Part shown: positions 39,838-50,494 of the stretch, one piece after another
Position numbering within the stretch: position 1 is the stretch's first letter
Layout: each line of letters starts with the position of its first letter
From: an uncultured delta proteobacterium
Lineage (GTDB): Bacteria > Desulfobacterota > Desulfomonilia > UBA1062
Direction: 5' to 3'
NCBI GenBank assembly: GCA_963752595.1
Contig: CAVVYZ010000005.1
Location: 192,001-256,000 of the forward strand
DNA: 64,000 nt
The notes under the pieces: model-generated
What the model was told of the DNA's origin: nothing
Seen by the model: the letters and a program-made list of their open reading frames with translations, nothing else
Database searches by the model: none
Position numbers and translations under genes: made by a program

Positions 39838-42270
39838 ATGGATTGGATTAAAAATATCTTCAGCCGCACCACGGAAAACAAACCGATTTTAGAAGAAGAG
39901 CATCCGGGGATTCTCCCCGTTCTCCCGCTCAAGGATGCAGTGCTGATTCCCGCTGGACTGCTTCCGCTGATCGTGTCGAACCCGGCATCCATCTCGCTGG
40001 TCAAGGATCTCTATGCGAGCAGCTCACCCGTTGTGGCAGTAGGCATGAGGGAATCAGGGGATTCGGAGCCTGCAACCTGGGACAACCTGTATCACATCGG
40101 ATGCTTGGCAAAAATCACCAAGATCAGCCAGGCAAAGAACGGTGAGCTGTCCATCATGATCAGGGGGATAACGAAAGCATCTCTTGACGAGAGGCAATCG
40201 ACCGAGCCCTACCTGCGGGCAAAGGTAACATACCTTCCCGAGTACTTTGAGCCCGATAGACAGATAAAAGCCATGGCTCACTCTACACGGGAGATCCTGG
40301 GTCAGCTTGCACGGCTTTCGTACCATAATCTCGAATCAGTGCTCGTAAATCTTTCCAAGCTCAAGGACCCGGTCATCCTCCTAAGCACTGCCACGACCAA
40401 TCTTCCCATCCCGGTGGACAAAAAGCAGCAGATATTAGAGGAAAACGATTTCTATGAAAAGTACACAGTCCTCTATGAAAGCTTAAGGGAAGAGCTGGAC
40501 ATTCTGGAGCTCTCTTCAAAGATATCTGAGAGGGCAAAAGGTGAGATCAACAATGCCCAGCGGGAGTACTACCTCAGGCAGCAGCTCAAGGCCATCAAGA
40601 AAGAGCTGGGAGATTCACAGGGAGACACCGAGGATGAGATGGAGGTTCTGAAAAAGGAAATCGAAGCGAAGAATCTTCCCGATGAGGTAAAACGGGAAGT
40701 GGACAAGGACATGAAACGTATTGCTCGAATGCAGCCCGGCTCTTCGGAATATGTCACCATTCGCACCTACCTCGACTGGATCACCGACCTCCCCTGGCAG
40801 GAGAAAACCGACGACAACCTGGACATCCAGAACGCGGCATCCATCCTCAACGAGGATCACTTCAATCTGAAGAAGCCGAAGAAGAGAATCCTCGAATACC
40901 TCTCGGTCAAAAAGCTGAAAAATGACCTCAAAGGACCGATCCTGTGCTTCGTAGGCCCTCCGGGAGTCGGCAAGACATCTTTAGGGAAGTCCATTGCCAG
41001 GGCAATGGGCAGAAAATTCGTACGGATCTCCCTGGGAGGCGTGCGGGATGAGGCCGAGATCAGGGGTCACAGAAGGACCTATATCGGAGCCATGCCCGGC
41101 AGGATCATCAACGGGATCAAAATCGCCCAGAGCCTGAACCCGGTGTTCATGCTCGACGAGATCGACAAACTCGCCCACGACATCCATGGCGACCCGTCCT
41201 CCGCATTGCTCGAAGCGCTGGATCCCGAGCAGAATACCCATTTTGTGGACCACTATCTCAACGTGCCCTTTGATTTGTCGCAGGTGTTCTTCATTACCAC
41301 GGCAAACGTAACGGACACTATTCCCTCTGCGCTGCGCGACCGCATGGAGATCGTGCATATCGAAGGATATACCCATGAAGACAAAGTTCAGATCGCCTGC
41401 CATTTCCTGATACCCCAGGAGATCGAGGCCAACGGGCTCTCGCTTTGCAAGGTCGATTTCAGAGATGATGGCATCGACCACATCATCCGGTCCTACACGA
41501 GGGAATCCGGTGTACGGAGCCTCAAGCGCGAGATCGCTTCCTGCCTGAGAGTGATCGCCTCGGAAGTGGCAAAAAACGGCGGGGAGAGCTTCGTTATCGA
41601 CCGCTCCTTCGTCGAAGAGGCCCTCGGCCCTGTGCGTTTCATACCCGAGGCAAAACAGCGGGGCAGGATACCAGGGATCGCAACCGGACTTGCGTGGACC
41701 CCGTTCGGAGGCGAGATCCTTTTCGTGGAGTCGGCGCTTGTGGAAGGCAAGGATGAAATGATCCTTACCGGCCAGATGGGCGATGTCATGAAGGAATCCG
41801 CCAGGATCGCACTGAGCATCGTAAAGGGAGCGTCCTACACCATCGAACAGGGCAAGGGCATCCATATCCATGTCCCTGCAGGCGCCATCCCCAAGGACGG
41901 GCCCTCTGCAGGGGTTACGATCGTGTCATCCCTTCTTTCCCTCATTACCGGCAAGGCGGTCCGCGAAGACCTGGCCATGACGGGCGAGATTACCTTGCGC
42001 GGCGTGGTGCTGCCGGTCGGCGGGATAAAGGAGAAGGTGCTGGCCGCACGGCGTGCCGGCATTACCGAGATCATCATGCCCAAGATGAACGAGAAAGACC
42101 TGCGGGATATTGAGCCCCATATCCTGAAAGATATCGCCATCCATTACGTGGAGAATATCGGCGAGGTGATCAAGCTGGCCTTCCCCGAGGCAAAAGAAGA
42201 GGTGACGCCCTTTGTCGACCACTTCGAGTTCTGGGACAACCCTCCGGTCAAGCCGTCTTTGAGAGCGTAG
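39838..42270 (+). CDS. lon: ATP-dependent protease La
   Basis: GPPGVGKT, HRRTYIG, LDEIDK, KDGPSAG. Confidence 0.97.
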   Translation: MDWIKNIFSRTTENKPILEEEHPGILPVLPLKDAVLIPAGLLPLIVSNPASISLVKDLYASSSPVVAVGMRESGDSEPATWDNLYHIGCLAKITKISQAKNGELSIMIRGITKASLDERQSTEPYLRAKVTYLPEYFEPDRQIKAMAHSTREILGQLARLSYHNLESVLVNLSKLKDPVILLSTATTNLPIPVDKKQQILEENDFYEKYTVLYESLREELDILELSSKISERAKGEINNAQREYYLRQQLKAIKKELGDSQGDTEDEMEVLKKEIEAKNLPDEVKREVDKDMKRIARMQPGSSEYVTIRTYLDWITDLPWQEKTDDNLDIQNAASILNEDHFNLKKPKKRILEYLSVKKLKNDLKGPILCFVGPPGVGKTSLGKSIARAMGRKFVRISLGGVRDEAEIRGHRRTYIGAMPGRIINGIKIAQSLNPVFMLDEIDKLAHDIHGDPSSALLEALDPEQNTHFVDHYLNVPFDLSQVFFITTANVTDTIPSALRDRMEIVHIEGYTHEDKVQIACHFLIPQEIEANGLSLCKVDFRDDGIDHIIRSYTRESGVRSLKREIASCLRVIASEVAKNGGESFVIDRSFVEEALGPVRFIPEAKQRGRIPGIATGLAWTPFGGEILFVESALVEGKDEMILTGQMGDVMKESARIALSIVKGASYTIEQGKGIHIHVPAGAIPKDGPSAGVTIVSSLLSLITGKAVREDLAMTGEITLRGVVLPVGGIKEKVLAARRAGITEIIMPKMNEKDLRDIEPHILKDIAIHYVENIGEVIKLAFPEAKEEVTPFVDHFEFWDNPPVKPSLRA

Positions 42271-43534
42271 CGATACACGTTCGTGCCGCTTCCATCACGT
42301 CGTCCATGACGCTGCTCGTGTGGGCAGTGCTCATGAACAACGCCTCATACGGCGACGGTGCGAGGTATACCCCGCTCTGGAGCATGAGGTGGAAGAACCG
42401 GGAATACAGCTTCGCATCCGATGCCATGACATCGTCAAAGGTCTTTACAGTTCCTTCTTTGAAAAAAATGCCCGCCATGCTCCCCAGGTGATTTACGGCC
42501 ATCGGCAGACCCACTTTCCCTGCAGACTCCTTGATTACGTCAAGTAGGGCTTTCAGTGAACGGGTAAGCCCATCGTAGGGGTCATCCCTTTTGAGGACCT
42601 TTAAGGCGGCAATCCCTGCCGTCATGGCCATGGGATTTCCCGAGAGAGTGCCCGCCTGGTAAACCTGGCCTTCCGGTGCGAGCAGGGACATGATCTCGGA
42701 AGCCCCTCCAAAGGCGCCCACAGGCATGCCGCCTCCGATGATCTTGCCGAGGCAGGTCAGGTCCGGTCGGATGCCGACCATATCCTGATACCCGCAAAAG
42801 CGGAACCGGAAAGCAGTGATGACCTCGTCAAATATGAGAAGGGCACCATGGGCTTGCGTGGTTTTCCGTAAGGCTTCCAGGAAGCCCTTCTTGGGCAGCA
42901 CCACACCCATGTTCCCTGCAACCGGCTCCACGATTACGCCGGCCACCTTTCGGCCGTTTTTTTCCATGAATGCTTCGAACGCCTCAATGTCGTTATACGG
43001 CAACACAGCGCTCGTGGAGGCGATCTCCCGGGGAACCCCGGCCGTATCCGGTATGCCGAAGGTCAGAGCACCGGAGCCTGCCTTGACCAGCAGACTGTCC
43101 ACATGCCCGTGATAGCACCCTTCGAACTTTATTATGATGTCTTTCCCTGTATAAGCCCTGGCAAGCCTGATCGCGCTCATGGTGGCCTCTGTGCCCGAGC
43201 TGACGAGACGAATCTTTTCTATGGAGGGGATCGCTTCGCAGATGATTTCAGCCATGATAATCTCGAGCTCGGTCGGTGCTCCGTAGCTCATGCCTTTGGA
43301 AGCCTGCTCGATCACCGCCTGTACTACTTCCGGGTGAGTATGTCCCAGTATCATCGGCCCCCAGGAGAGGACGTGGTCGACATACCTCTTCCCTTCGCAG
43401 TCATAGAGGTAGGGGCCTTCTGCCTTCTCGATGAATCTGGGAACCCCTCCCACCTTTCTGAACGCCCTCACCGGTGAATTCACTCCTGATGGTATGGACA
43501 GCATGGCACGTTCGAACAGATCGGCATTCTTCAT
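42248..43534 (-). CDS. hemL: Glutamate-1-semialdehyde 2,1-aminomutase
   Basis: GVNSPVRAF, SGTEATM, GKIIGGG, QAGTLSGNP. Confidence 0.97.
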   Translation of the reverse strand: MKNADLFERAMLSIPSGVNSPVRAFRKVGGVPRFIEKAEGPYLYDCEGKRYVDHVLSWGPMILGHTHPEVVQAVIEQASKGMSYGAPTELEIIMAEIICEAIPSIEKIRLVSSGTEATMSAIRLARAYTGKDIIIKFEGCYHGHVDSLLVKAGSGALTFGIPDTAGVPREIASTSAVLPYNDIEAFEAFMEKNGRKVAGVIVEPVAGNMGVVLPKKGFLEALRKTTQAHGALLIFDEVITAFRFRFCGYQDMVGIRPDLTCLGKIIGGGMPVGAFGGASEIMSLLAPEGQVYQAGTLSGNPMAMTAGIAALKVLKRDDPYDGLTRSLKALLDVIKESAGKVGLPMAVNHLGSMAGIFFKEGTVKTFDDVMASDAKLYSRFFHLMLQSGVYLAPSPYEALFMSTAHTSSVMDDVMEAARTCIATLSKTA

Positions 43535-44019
43535 GACTGGTCCTTTCTGATATACTCCATGGATGACTTCTTCAATTCCTGAGTGCTCCAGTAAACCTTA
43601 TACCTGCTGAGAGTAAACGATGACGCGATTTCGGTTATGATGCCCTCGACCTCGTCATGTGTTTTCCCGTGGATCATGGAAAAGAGGTTGTACTCTCCGA
43701 AGCCGGGCCTCTCATAACAGTGGGATACAGAACTCCTCTTGGCGATCTCCGAGCCCGTCTCTTCTACGCTGTCCTCCGGGACGGCCCAGACAACCATGGC
43801 GCCTGCCGAAAAGCCCGCCGCCCGGTGGCGGAGAACAGCCTTCATTTCCCTCACTATACCCTGGTGCTTAAGTGCATGTATCCTGTCGATGAACTCACCG
43901 GGCTCAAGGCCTAATTCCTGTGCCCATGCATCAAAAGGCCTCTTCTTTAAGGGGAGGTCTCCCTGGATACGAACGAGAATCCTTTTGTCGATGTCATCCG
44001 GGAACTTCATGTTAGGCAT
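43531..44019 (-). CDS. ahbB: Siroheme decarboxylase subunit (AhbB/NirH-like, Lrp/AsnC fold)
   Basis: QGDLPL..RPF, AMVVW, VSHCYERP, YNLFSMIHG, ELKKSSM; adjacent to hemL. Confidence 0.75.
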   Translation of the reverse strand: MPNMKFPDDIDKRILVRIQGDLPLKKRPFDAWAQELGLEPGEFIDRIHALKHQGIVREMKAVLRHRAAGFSAGAMVVWAVPEDSVEETGSEIAKRSSVSHCYERPGFGEYNLFSMIHGKTHDEVEGIITEIASSFTLSRYKVYWSTQELKKSSMEYIRKDQS

Positions 44020-44113
44020 CTACACATATTATTCTTTTGCATTCAACAGGAAACCTGGAAGGTTGGGAAGAGGGACAGCAGATGCTTAAAATCTGCCGCC
44101 CCGAATTATTTTA

Positions 44114-44956
44114 TTACCTCCTTACCAGTAACACAGACACAGGGGAAGGATGTATTGCCGGCTGCTCGGCTTTCAGCCTATAGGAATCATACGATTTCAA
44201 ATTATTATTATGGATCATTTCAACGACCTTGTTCACATAGGCATATCCCATCTCGGAATATGTGCTTAAGCCCTTCGCAAGCTCGACGGAATCATAAGGG
44301 AGCCTCTTCTGTGTGCGAATCTTCCTCAGGTGTTCATAATCCGAGCGGGTATTGATATTCCAGAGGTAATAGTCGACACACGCCTGGAGACTGTCAAAGA
44401 TGGAAACGGAAAACGTGCTGTCCGATGCTAATTCCCTGGGCACCATACCAAGACCTTTAACCCCTCGCAAACCGAAAAGATTGTTTCCATGCTGGGCAAA
44501 ACGGGACGTTCCCCATCCCGATTCTATGGCTGCCTGTGCAATCACGAGTGATGCCGGCAGGATATCCACACGGACAAGGAGTTCATCGAGCATGGCACGG
44601 TAATCCCCCCGTTCAACCAGGTAACGATCAGCCAGTTCCTCAATGAACAGTATTTCCTTAAGCGACAGGTAGAACGACGTCTTTTTTATTCGCAGCAACT
44701 CGCTGCGCTGTGCAAGGATGTCTTCATTTGCCCTGAGGACAAGAGGAAGAAGTATATCTATCAACAACTGTTTGCGTTGCTTGATATCCTGTGTTTTGGT
44801 GAACTCCCTCGGGAATGAGGTGGTGCAGGCATAATCTATGAGATAGTATCCGAATTCATCGAGACTTTCCGGATATTTCACCGGGATCATCTCCGGTACT
44901 ATGACGAACATAGTACAAAAAAGGAATACCAGCCCGAAGCTATTTCTCTTCATCAC
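44114..44956 (-). CDS. Bax-like glucosaminidase (GH73)
   Basis: AQAAIESGWGTSRFA..GNNLFG and YSEMG..Y. Confidence 0.85.
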   Translation of the reverse strand: MMKRNSFGLVFLFCTMFVIVPEMIPVKYPESLDEFGYYLIDYACTTSFPREFTKTQDIKQRKQLLIDILLPLVLRANEDILAQRSELLRIKKTSFYLSLKEILFIEELADRYLVERGDYRAMLDELLVRVDILPASLVIAQAAIESGWGTSRFAQHGNNLFGLRGVKGLGMVPRELASDSTFSVSIFDSLQACVDYYLWNINTRSDYEHLRKIRTQKRLPYDSVELAKGLSTYSEMGYAYVNKVVEMIHNNNLKSYDSYRLKAEQPAIHPSPVSVLLVRR

Positions 44957-45200
44957 ATCTCCCCGGCAACCTATTTGCCGTTTCTTCTTGAATATTCGAT
45001 AGTTAATTTTGGTAAACGATGACTATAGCAAAAATAAATAATGAAATCAATCCTTAAGAAATGATCTTGGTTTCTTTTTTATATTCATAGACTTATCTAC
45101 ATGATCATGGAATATCTCATAAAAGTTTCCTTTAAAAAAACCTACTTGCAATATGAATGACTATTCAGTAATATGATATTTGTGATGGAGGATCAGTTGC

Positions 45201-45458
45201 ATGGGGACAGAGAAGGAAGACAGGGAAAAGAAAAGAATATATCTCACGATAGCAGATTTGAGTACCATGGGGATCGCCATGGTACTGTGCATAGTGCTCG
45301 GACTGGTTGCAGGTATTTTCCTTGACAGAAAACTCGGCACTGATCCTATATTTACGCTTATACTACTTTTCGGCGGGATCCTTGCAGGATTCAGGATTAT
45401 GTACAAGGCATACATGAGATTCTTCAATGAAGGCAATTCCGATGGCGGCAATACCTAA
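45201..45458 (+). CDS. AtpZ/AtpI-family protein
   Basis: G..LDRKLGTDP two-TM pattern, first gene of the atp F0 operon. Confidence 0.85.
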   Translation: MGTEKEDREKKRIYLTIADLSTMGIAMVLCIVLGLVAGIFLDRKLGTDPIFTLILLFGGILAGFRIMYKAYMRFFNEGNSDGGNT

Positions 45459-45825
45459 AGAACCCGCACAGAAGCGTATCGAGATCATATCGGTAGGCAT
45501 CTGGGTCGTCATGTGCGTAACGAGTTATCTTTTTTTCGGAGATCGTTTCGCTTTCGGGGTTCTCATCGGAGGGATCTTGTGCCTCATCAACTTTCAGTGG
45601 CTCTACCGGCATGCAAAAGCCGCCATCTCGCTGACAACGAGCAAGGGTAAGTCATTTATGGCAAAACGCTATTTCCTCAGGCTGGCAAGTATGGGGGTCA
45701 TCCTCTATGCACTGATAGCCTTTGCGAAGGTGGATGTCATAGGGCTTCTCCTCGGCTTATCCGTTGTCATACTGGGAATCACGTCATATGCATGCTTCAT
45801 CTACATATTCGCAGGAGGAGAGTAA
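45427..45825 (+). CDS. atpI: ATP synthase subunit I
   Basis: Four TM helices with GVLIGG...NF and GLLLGLS; directly upstream of atpB. Start may be 45442. Confidence 0.75.
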   Translation: MKAIPMAAIPKEPAQKRIEIISVGIWVVMCVTSYLFFGDRFAFGVLIGGILCLINFQWLYRHAKAAISLTTSKGKSFMAKRYFLRLASMGVILYALIAFAKVDVIGLLLGLSVVILGITSYACFIYIFAGGE

Positions 45826-45826
45826 G

Positions 45827-46537
45827 ATGGAACACGGTTTTATGGTCTTAAATTTCATTAACCACCCCCTTTATGAATTCTTGCATGAACATTTTCATCT
45901 CACAGACGGAAACCATTTTTTGCAGGTTACCTACACATGGTTCTACATGCTTTTTCTGATCCTCGTCTCTTTCCTGGTGGTACGGACCATCAAGCTGATT
46001 CCGGGCAGGCTCCAGAATTTCCTCGAGGTTCTGATCGGCGGATTGAAAGGTCTGCTGGTCGATACCATGGGAGAAAAGGGTATGATCTTCTTCCCCTTGA
46101 TGACGACCCTCTTCCTTTTCATCCTCACCTGCAACCTGGGTGGAATTATCCCGGGATTCTATTCACCCACCGCCAATCTCAACACGAACCTTTGCATGGC
46201 GTTGACGGTCTTTTTACTTACTCACATCGTAGGGATCAAGATCCATGGAATAAAGTATGTAAAACAGTTCCTCGGGCCTGTATGGTGGATGGCGCCGATC
46301 ATGCTGCCTGTCGAACTCATCGGCCACATTGCAAGGCCTCTATCCCTAACCATGCGACTTTTTGGAAATATCTTCGGTGAGGATCTGGTCCTTATCGTCC
46401 TTCTGCTCCTCGTTCCATTCCTTATGCCTATCCCCATGCTCATCCTCATGATCTTCACATCCCTTCTTCAGGCTTTTGTGTTCACACTGCTCGCCATGAT
46501 GTACATCAGCGGAGCAATGGAGGAAGCGCATCACTAA
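45827..46537 (+). CDS. atpB: ATP synthase F0 subunit a
   Basis: [29 protein letters not shown]. Confidence 0.95.
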   Translation: MEHGFMVLNFINHPLYEFLHEHFHLTDGNHFLQVTYTWFYMLFLILVSFLVVRTIKLIPGRLQNFLEVLIGGLKGLLVDTMGEKGMIFFPLMTTLFLFILTCNLGGIIPGFYSPTANLNTNLCMALTVFLLTHIVGIKIHGIKYVKQFLGPVWWMAPIMLPVELIGHIARPLSLTMRLFGNIFGEDLVLIVLLLLVPFLMPIPMLILMIFTSLLQAFVFTLLAMMYISGAMEEAHH

Positions 46538-46606
46538 AGGTGAGATTGATATTTTTGGATTTTGCATTCATGATAAACGGCAACAGTATACTGTAGTTAG
46601 AAACAC

Positions 46607-46646
46607 AAAAGCTGGTGAGATAGCGGAGTATCATCACCAGCTTTTT
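46607..46646 (+). other. Stem-loop between atpB and atpE
   Basis: AAAAGCTGGTGA pairs with TCACCAGCTTTT. Confidence 0.6.
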
Positions 46647-46684
46647 CTCAATACGAACTGAAAATTAAAATATAGGAGGATTAC

Positions 46685-47035
46685 ATGAAAAAACTTTTTT
46701 ATTCGTGTGGGGTTTCAGCATTATTTGTTTTAGTGGGAGCCAGCATGGCATTCGCCCAGGGCACTGCGAGTCCTGAGGCCATCCAGTTCTTCAGCTGGGT
46801 TGCCGTTGCTACCGGCATCGGCATGGGTATCGCCGCAGTCGGCACCGGCATCGGCCAGGGGCATGGCGTTCAGGGCGCATGCGACGGTATCGCCCGAAAT
46901 CCTGAGGCATCAGGAAAGATACTGACAGCACTTATTCTTGGTTTGGCTATGATCGAGTCTCTGGCCATTTATGCACTTGTTATTCAGCTTATCCTTCTCT
47001 ATGCAAATCCATTCCTCAAGTACATCGTAGGGTAA
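46685..47035 (+). CDS. atpE: ATP synthase F0 subunit c
   Basis: GxGxGx[15 protein letters not shown]; signal-like N-terminal extension. Confidence 0.95.
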   Translation: MKKLFYSCGVSALFVLVGASMAFAQGTASPEAIQFFSWVAVATGIGMGIAAVGTGIGQGHGVQGACDGIARNPEASGKILTALILGLAMIESLAIYALVIQLILLYANPFLKYIVG

Positions 47036-47054
47036 CCCCCTTTAAGGGAATAAC

Positions 47055-47099
47055 AGCAGGGCATCCTTGCACGTCTTCCTATTGCAAGGATGCCCTGCT
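47055..47099. terminator. 17-bp perfect inverted repeat after atpE, probable terminator
   Basis: AGCAGGGCATCCTTGCA-N11-TGCAAGGATGCCCTGCT. Confidence 0.7.
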
Positions 47100-47314
47100 T
47101 CGTATCAACATTTTTTTAATCAGTTTTTGATTCCTTCCCCCTTCGATCTACATAGAGAAAGCATCTTCAAGCCCATTCTTGGCTTGCACATAAAAATCCC
47201 CTCTGAATATGGAAACCCGTAGATTTTCATCTACCCGTCAAAGATGTCTTCCTTTGGACAGAAGAAGTTGTGACCGGGCAGGAAGATGCGATGGAAAGCT
47301 GGGTCTACCTCTGC

Positions 47315-47554
47315 CTACATGCCGATGAGTGCTTTGACCTTGTTCTTTCTTTCTTCATCAGAGAAGAGGAAAACCAGCAGACCACCGGCAACTGCAGCGA
47401 TTGAGAGCGGTTTGAAAAAGAATTTGATAATTCCTTTGATGAGAGACAGTGTCCCGCCGATGACCCCGATGATCAAAATATCTGCGACTATGAACTTAAT
47501 GAGCTTGAAAGGAGCAAGAAAAGACCATTTAATGAGACTGAAGAGAAAACCCAT
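47315..47554 (-). CDS. Small hydrophobic hypothetical protein
   Basis: Strong AGGAGG RBS; 79 aa with a charged C-terminal tail. Confidence 0.65.
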   Translation of the reverse strand: MGFLFSLIKWSFLAPFKLIKFIVADILIIGVIGGTLSLIKGIIKFFFKPLSIAAVAGGLLVFLFSDEERKNKVKALIGM

Positions 47555-47613
47555 GATAATACCTCCTGTGCATTTTGTTATCTAGTGTTATATAGTAGTG
47601 TGGAAATCGGGCT

Positions 47614-47853
47614 TCAAGAACCTTTCTTTTTTAAGATCAGATCTTCGGCAGCTCCGAGTGAATCCCGGGAAACAAGGGCAGCGCGCCGGTTCTCTTCTTG
47701 TATTTTGAGGTAAATCTCCTCCCGGTGAACCTCCACATTCTTCGGTGCACGAATTCCCAGCTTCACCTGGGTACCCTTGATCTCAATGACCGAGACCTGG
47801 ATATCATCACCTATGGATACGGCTTCTCCGACTTTTCGGGTTAGTATCAGCAA
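47614..47853 (-). CDS. csrA: Carbon storage regulator CsrA
   Basis: MLILTRK.GE...IGDDI and [16 protein letters not shown]. Confidence 0.95.
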   Translation of the reverse strand: MLILTRKVGEAVSIGDDIQVSVIEIKGTQVKLGIRAPKNVEVHREEIYLKIQEENRRAALVSRDSLGAAEDLILKKKGS

Positions 47854-47899
47854 TCAGCCTCCCCAAGACAGGGCTATTTTACAAAAGAATATTACATGA

Positions 47900-49691
47900 T
47901 TATTTGATTGAAAGCAATGACTGCATCATTTCATCGCATACGGAAATCAGCTTTGCGGCAGACTGGTAAAGACGTTGGAATTTCAGGATCTCAGCCATCT
48001 CCTCATCGAGATTGATGCCCGTAATGCCCTCTTTCCTCTGGATATACTGGTTCAGGAGAGAATCATTGAATTTCTCATTGAGTTCGGCATTCTCAACATC
48101 CACGCCTATCCGTGCAATGAACGAGCTGTAATAGGAATCGATAGTGGTATTTACCCCTGTGCCTCCGAGGTCCGGGATCACTTCGTCCTGGATAGAGGCG
48201 ATGGCAAGCGCCACATTGTTGTTCCCAGGTGCTACCATGTTATTGCTGTCGAGATATCCTGCAGCGATCAATTGAGAGTTTGCCTCCAGAGCCGAGTTCA
48301 GACCGAGTGACTGGGTGATGTCATCGAGATCCGTTGTAGGCAGTCCTGATTCCTCTGCCCAGGTGAAAAAGGAATTTACTCCCATAATCGCGAGGGCGTT
48401 GCTCGATCCGGCAGCAGTGGGTTTTATTGCAAAGGTGTACCCTGGATCAGCCTGGATCTGGAAATGTCCGCTTCCGCCTCCTGTCAGTGAAACGGCTAAC
48501 TCCCCCCCTCCTGCAGTTGATTCTGCATTGATCTCCGCCATTAATGCCCCTACGGTGTTAGCTCCGGGGTTAATGGTGTATGTATTGGCCACCTCTCCCG
48601 ACGAGTTGTAGACCACGATATCGAACTGCCCGCCGGCATTATACCGATCGGAGAAGAGGAAATCCGTACTCAAGTCATCGGTCGATGCCGTTATATCAAC
48701 GGTCCCCACCATGGAGCCTACCGATTGCAGACCGACTCCTTCCGAATGCAGGGAGTTCACCTGCCATACGAGCTCTTCCGTTAACGTATTCATGGAATCG
48801 ATATAGGTACCTATCTTGTTATCGCGGATGTCCACCCATCCCGCAAGTTTTCCACCTTCCAGTCTGTCCGTTATATCAACGGTCCTGCCCGACTGATCCT
48901 TCCAGATCAAATCGGTGAGTCCGGTCGTGCTGTTCCGCTCATAGTCGATGCTGTAGGTATCTTTACCGAGCACTAACGGAGTGCCTCCCAAAATGTACAC
49001 CATCACCTGCCCGGAAGTTCTCTTCCTCATAGTAGGAGATATCCATGTATTCCGAAAGTTCCTCAAGGAGCATGTCTCTTCTGTCACGGAGATCATTTGC
49101 GTTGATGACGCCTTTAATCTCTACGCTCGAGATCTGGTTGTTGAGCCCTGCAACTTGCTCGATGAGAGTGTTTATTTTATCGACAGATCCCTGGATATTA
49201 CTGTCAAGATGACTCTGGTACTCTCTGAGATTGTAGTCAAGCCCGCCTATAAGCTGCGTCAGGTTATTTGTCTTGGCAAGCAGCGATTCCCGTTCCGGTA
49301 TGCCGTCCGGGTTATCGGAGAGATCGCTCCATGCATTCCAGAATTCGGCCATAACCTGGTTGAGGCCATATCCTTCGCTTTCATTGAAAATAGTCTCTAT
49401 CTCCTGCAGTGAATCGCTTTGAGCCTTCCAGTAATTATACTGAGATTTCCTGAGGGTAACCTGCTCGTTGATAAAGGCGTCATACGATCTGGTCACCTCG
49501 GTTGCCCGTGCACCGGTTCCGATCTGGCCAGGCCCCATAGTGATAGGATAGTTGGGCTGTATCTGCAGCTGTTGCCGCGAATAGCCCTCTGTATTGGCAT
49601 TTGCGATGTTATGCGACGTGACCTCGATGGCCAGCTGTGAAGAGTACAGCGTCCACCTGGCTATATCCAATGCTCCACCTACACCTGGCAT
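47900..49691 (-). pseudogene. flgK: Hook-associated protein FlgK with one frameshift (or sequencing error)
   Basis: HNIANANTEGYSRQ and NDLRDRRD in one ORF, GINLDEEM...YQSAAK in the next; shift near 49019. Confidence 0.88.
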
Positions 49692-49692
49692 A

Positions 49693-50133
49693 TTATGCTC
49701 CTGTATTCACTGACCGGGGTAAGCCCTTGGTTTTTTTCCCATTTCTATTATACCCGGCCTTTCCCCCGATGAAGAACGGCTCCAGCTGCCGATCGATTTC
49801 AGCAAGCCTGTCTGTCACCATGGTTTTTGAAAGGTCATTGAGGCCCGAGGCAGTTTTCCACAGCTTGATGAGATCCTGCTGCAGAGTCCGTATCTGAGAT
49901 GCTGACTGGCGAAGGGGCTCTCTTTGGATGAGCTCTCTTCCCTTTCTGTTATCCATGATGTCGCTCAGGATTTTCTGCTTCTCCGGCATGGACTCTTCAA
50001 GGGCCTCGACATCCTGACGGGTGATGCATTCAAGCTCTTCCCGGAGGAGCTCGGTGAGGCGCCCGACCAGCAGCTTTTCTTTCTCAAGCCTGGTTATCAA
50101 CTCCGTGTATGCTGTTTCGCCGGATTCCTTCAT
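49693..50133 (-). CDS. flgN: Flagellar export chaperone FlgN
   Basis: Helical 146-aa protein directly upstream of flgK with Y...G near the C terminus. Confidence 0.65.
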   Translation of the reverse strand: MKESGETAYTELITRLEKEKLLVGRLTELLREELECITRQDVEALEESMPEKQKILSDIMDNRKGRELIQREPLRQSASQIRTLQQDLIKLWKTASGLNDLSKTMVTDRLAEIDRQLEPFFIGGKAGYNRNGKKTKGLPRSVNTGA

Positions 50134-50185
50134 CGCTTCAGTCTCCTTTCCCTGCCCTCTGCAAGCCGGTTATGCCTTAATTTCT

Positions 50186-50494
50186 TTATCGGTTTTGCTT
50201 GGCTGGGCTTGAACCCTCACCGTCTTCGGCAAGGGACTGCATATGATTCCTGAGCATGTTTCCGATACCCAAGGCGCCCGATTCCGCTATGGTCTGTCCC
50301 ACTGACTGATAGAGCAAATCCTTATACATATCCGATGCCAGACCCTCTTCGAACAGGCCATCGGGCATTGCTTCGCCCATGACCTGCAAGAGCTGGTGGG
50401 CGAACATGGATTCGAATTCCTTGCAGGCTGCGTCGAGGGCCTTACTCTTATCTGTCTGTTTGAGATGATACATTTCATTTATACCGCTGATCAT
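50186..50494 (-). CDS. flgJ: Short rod-binding FlgJ
   Basis: ACKEFESMF...M and GALGIG; follows flgI. Confidence 0.8.
   Translation of the reverse strand: MISGINEMYHLKQTDKSKALDAACKEFESMFAHQLLQVMGEAMPDGLFEEGLASDMYKDLLYQSVGQTIAESGALGIGNMLRNHMQSLAEDGEGSSPAKQNR

Noticed and set aside
39803-39840. Leaderless sigma70 promoter for lon (TTGACT-N17-TAAATA)
   Set aside because: The -10 match is poor and cannot be supported without start-site data.
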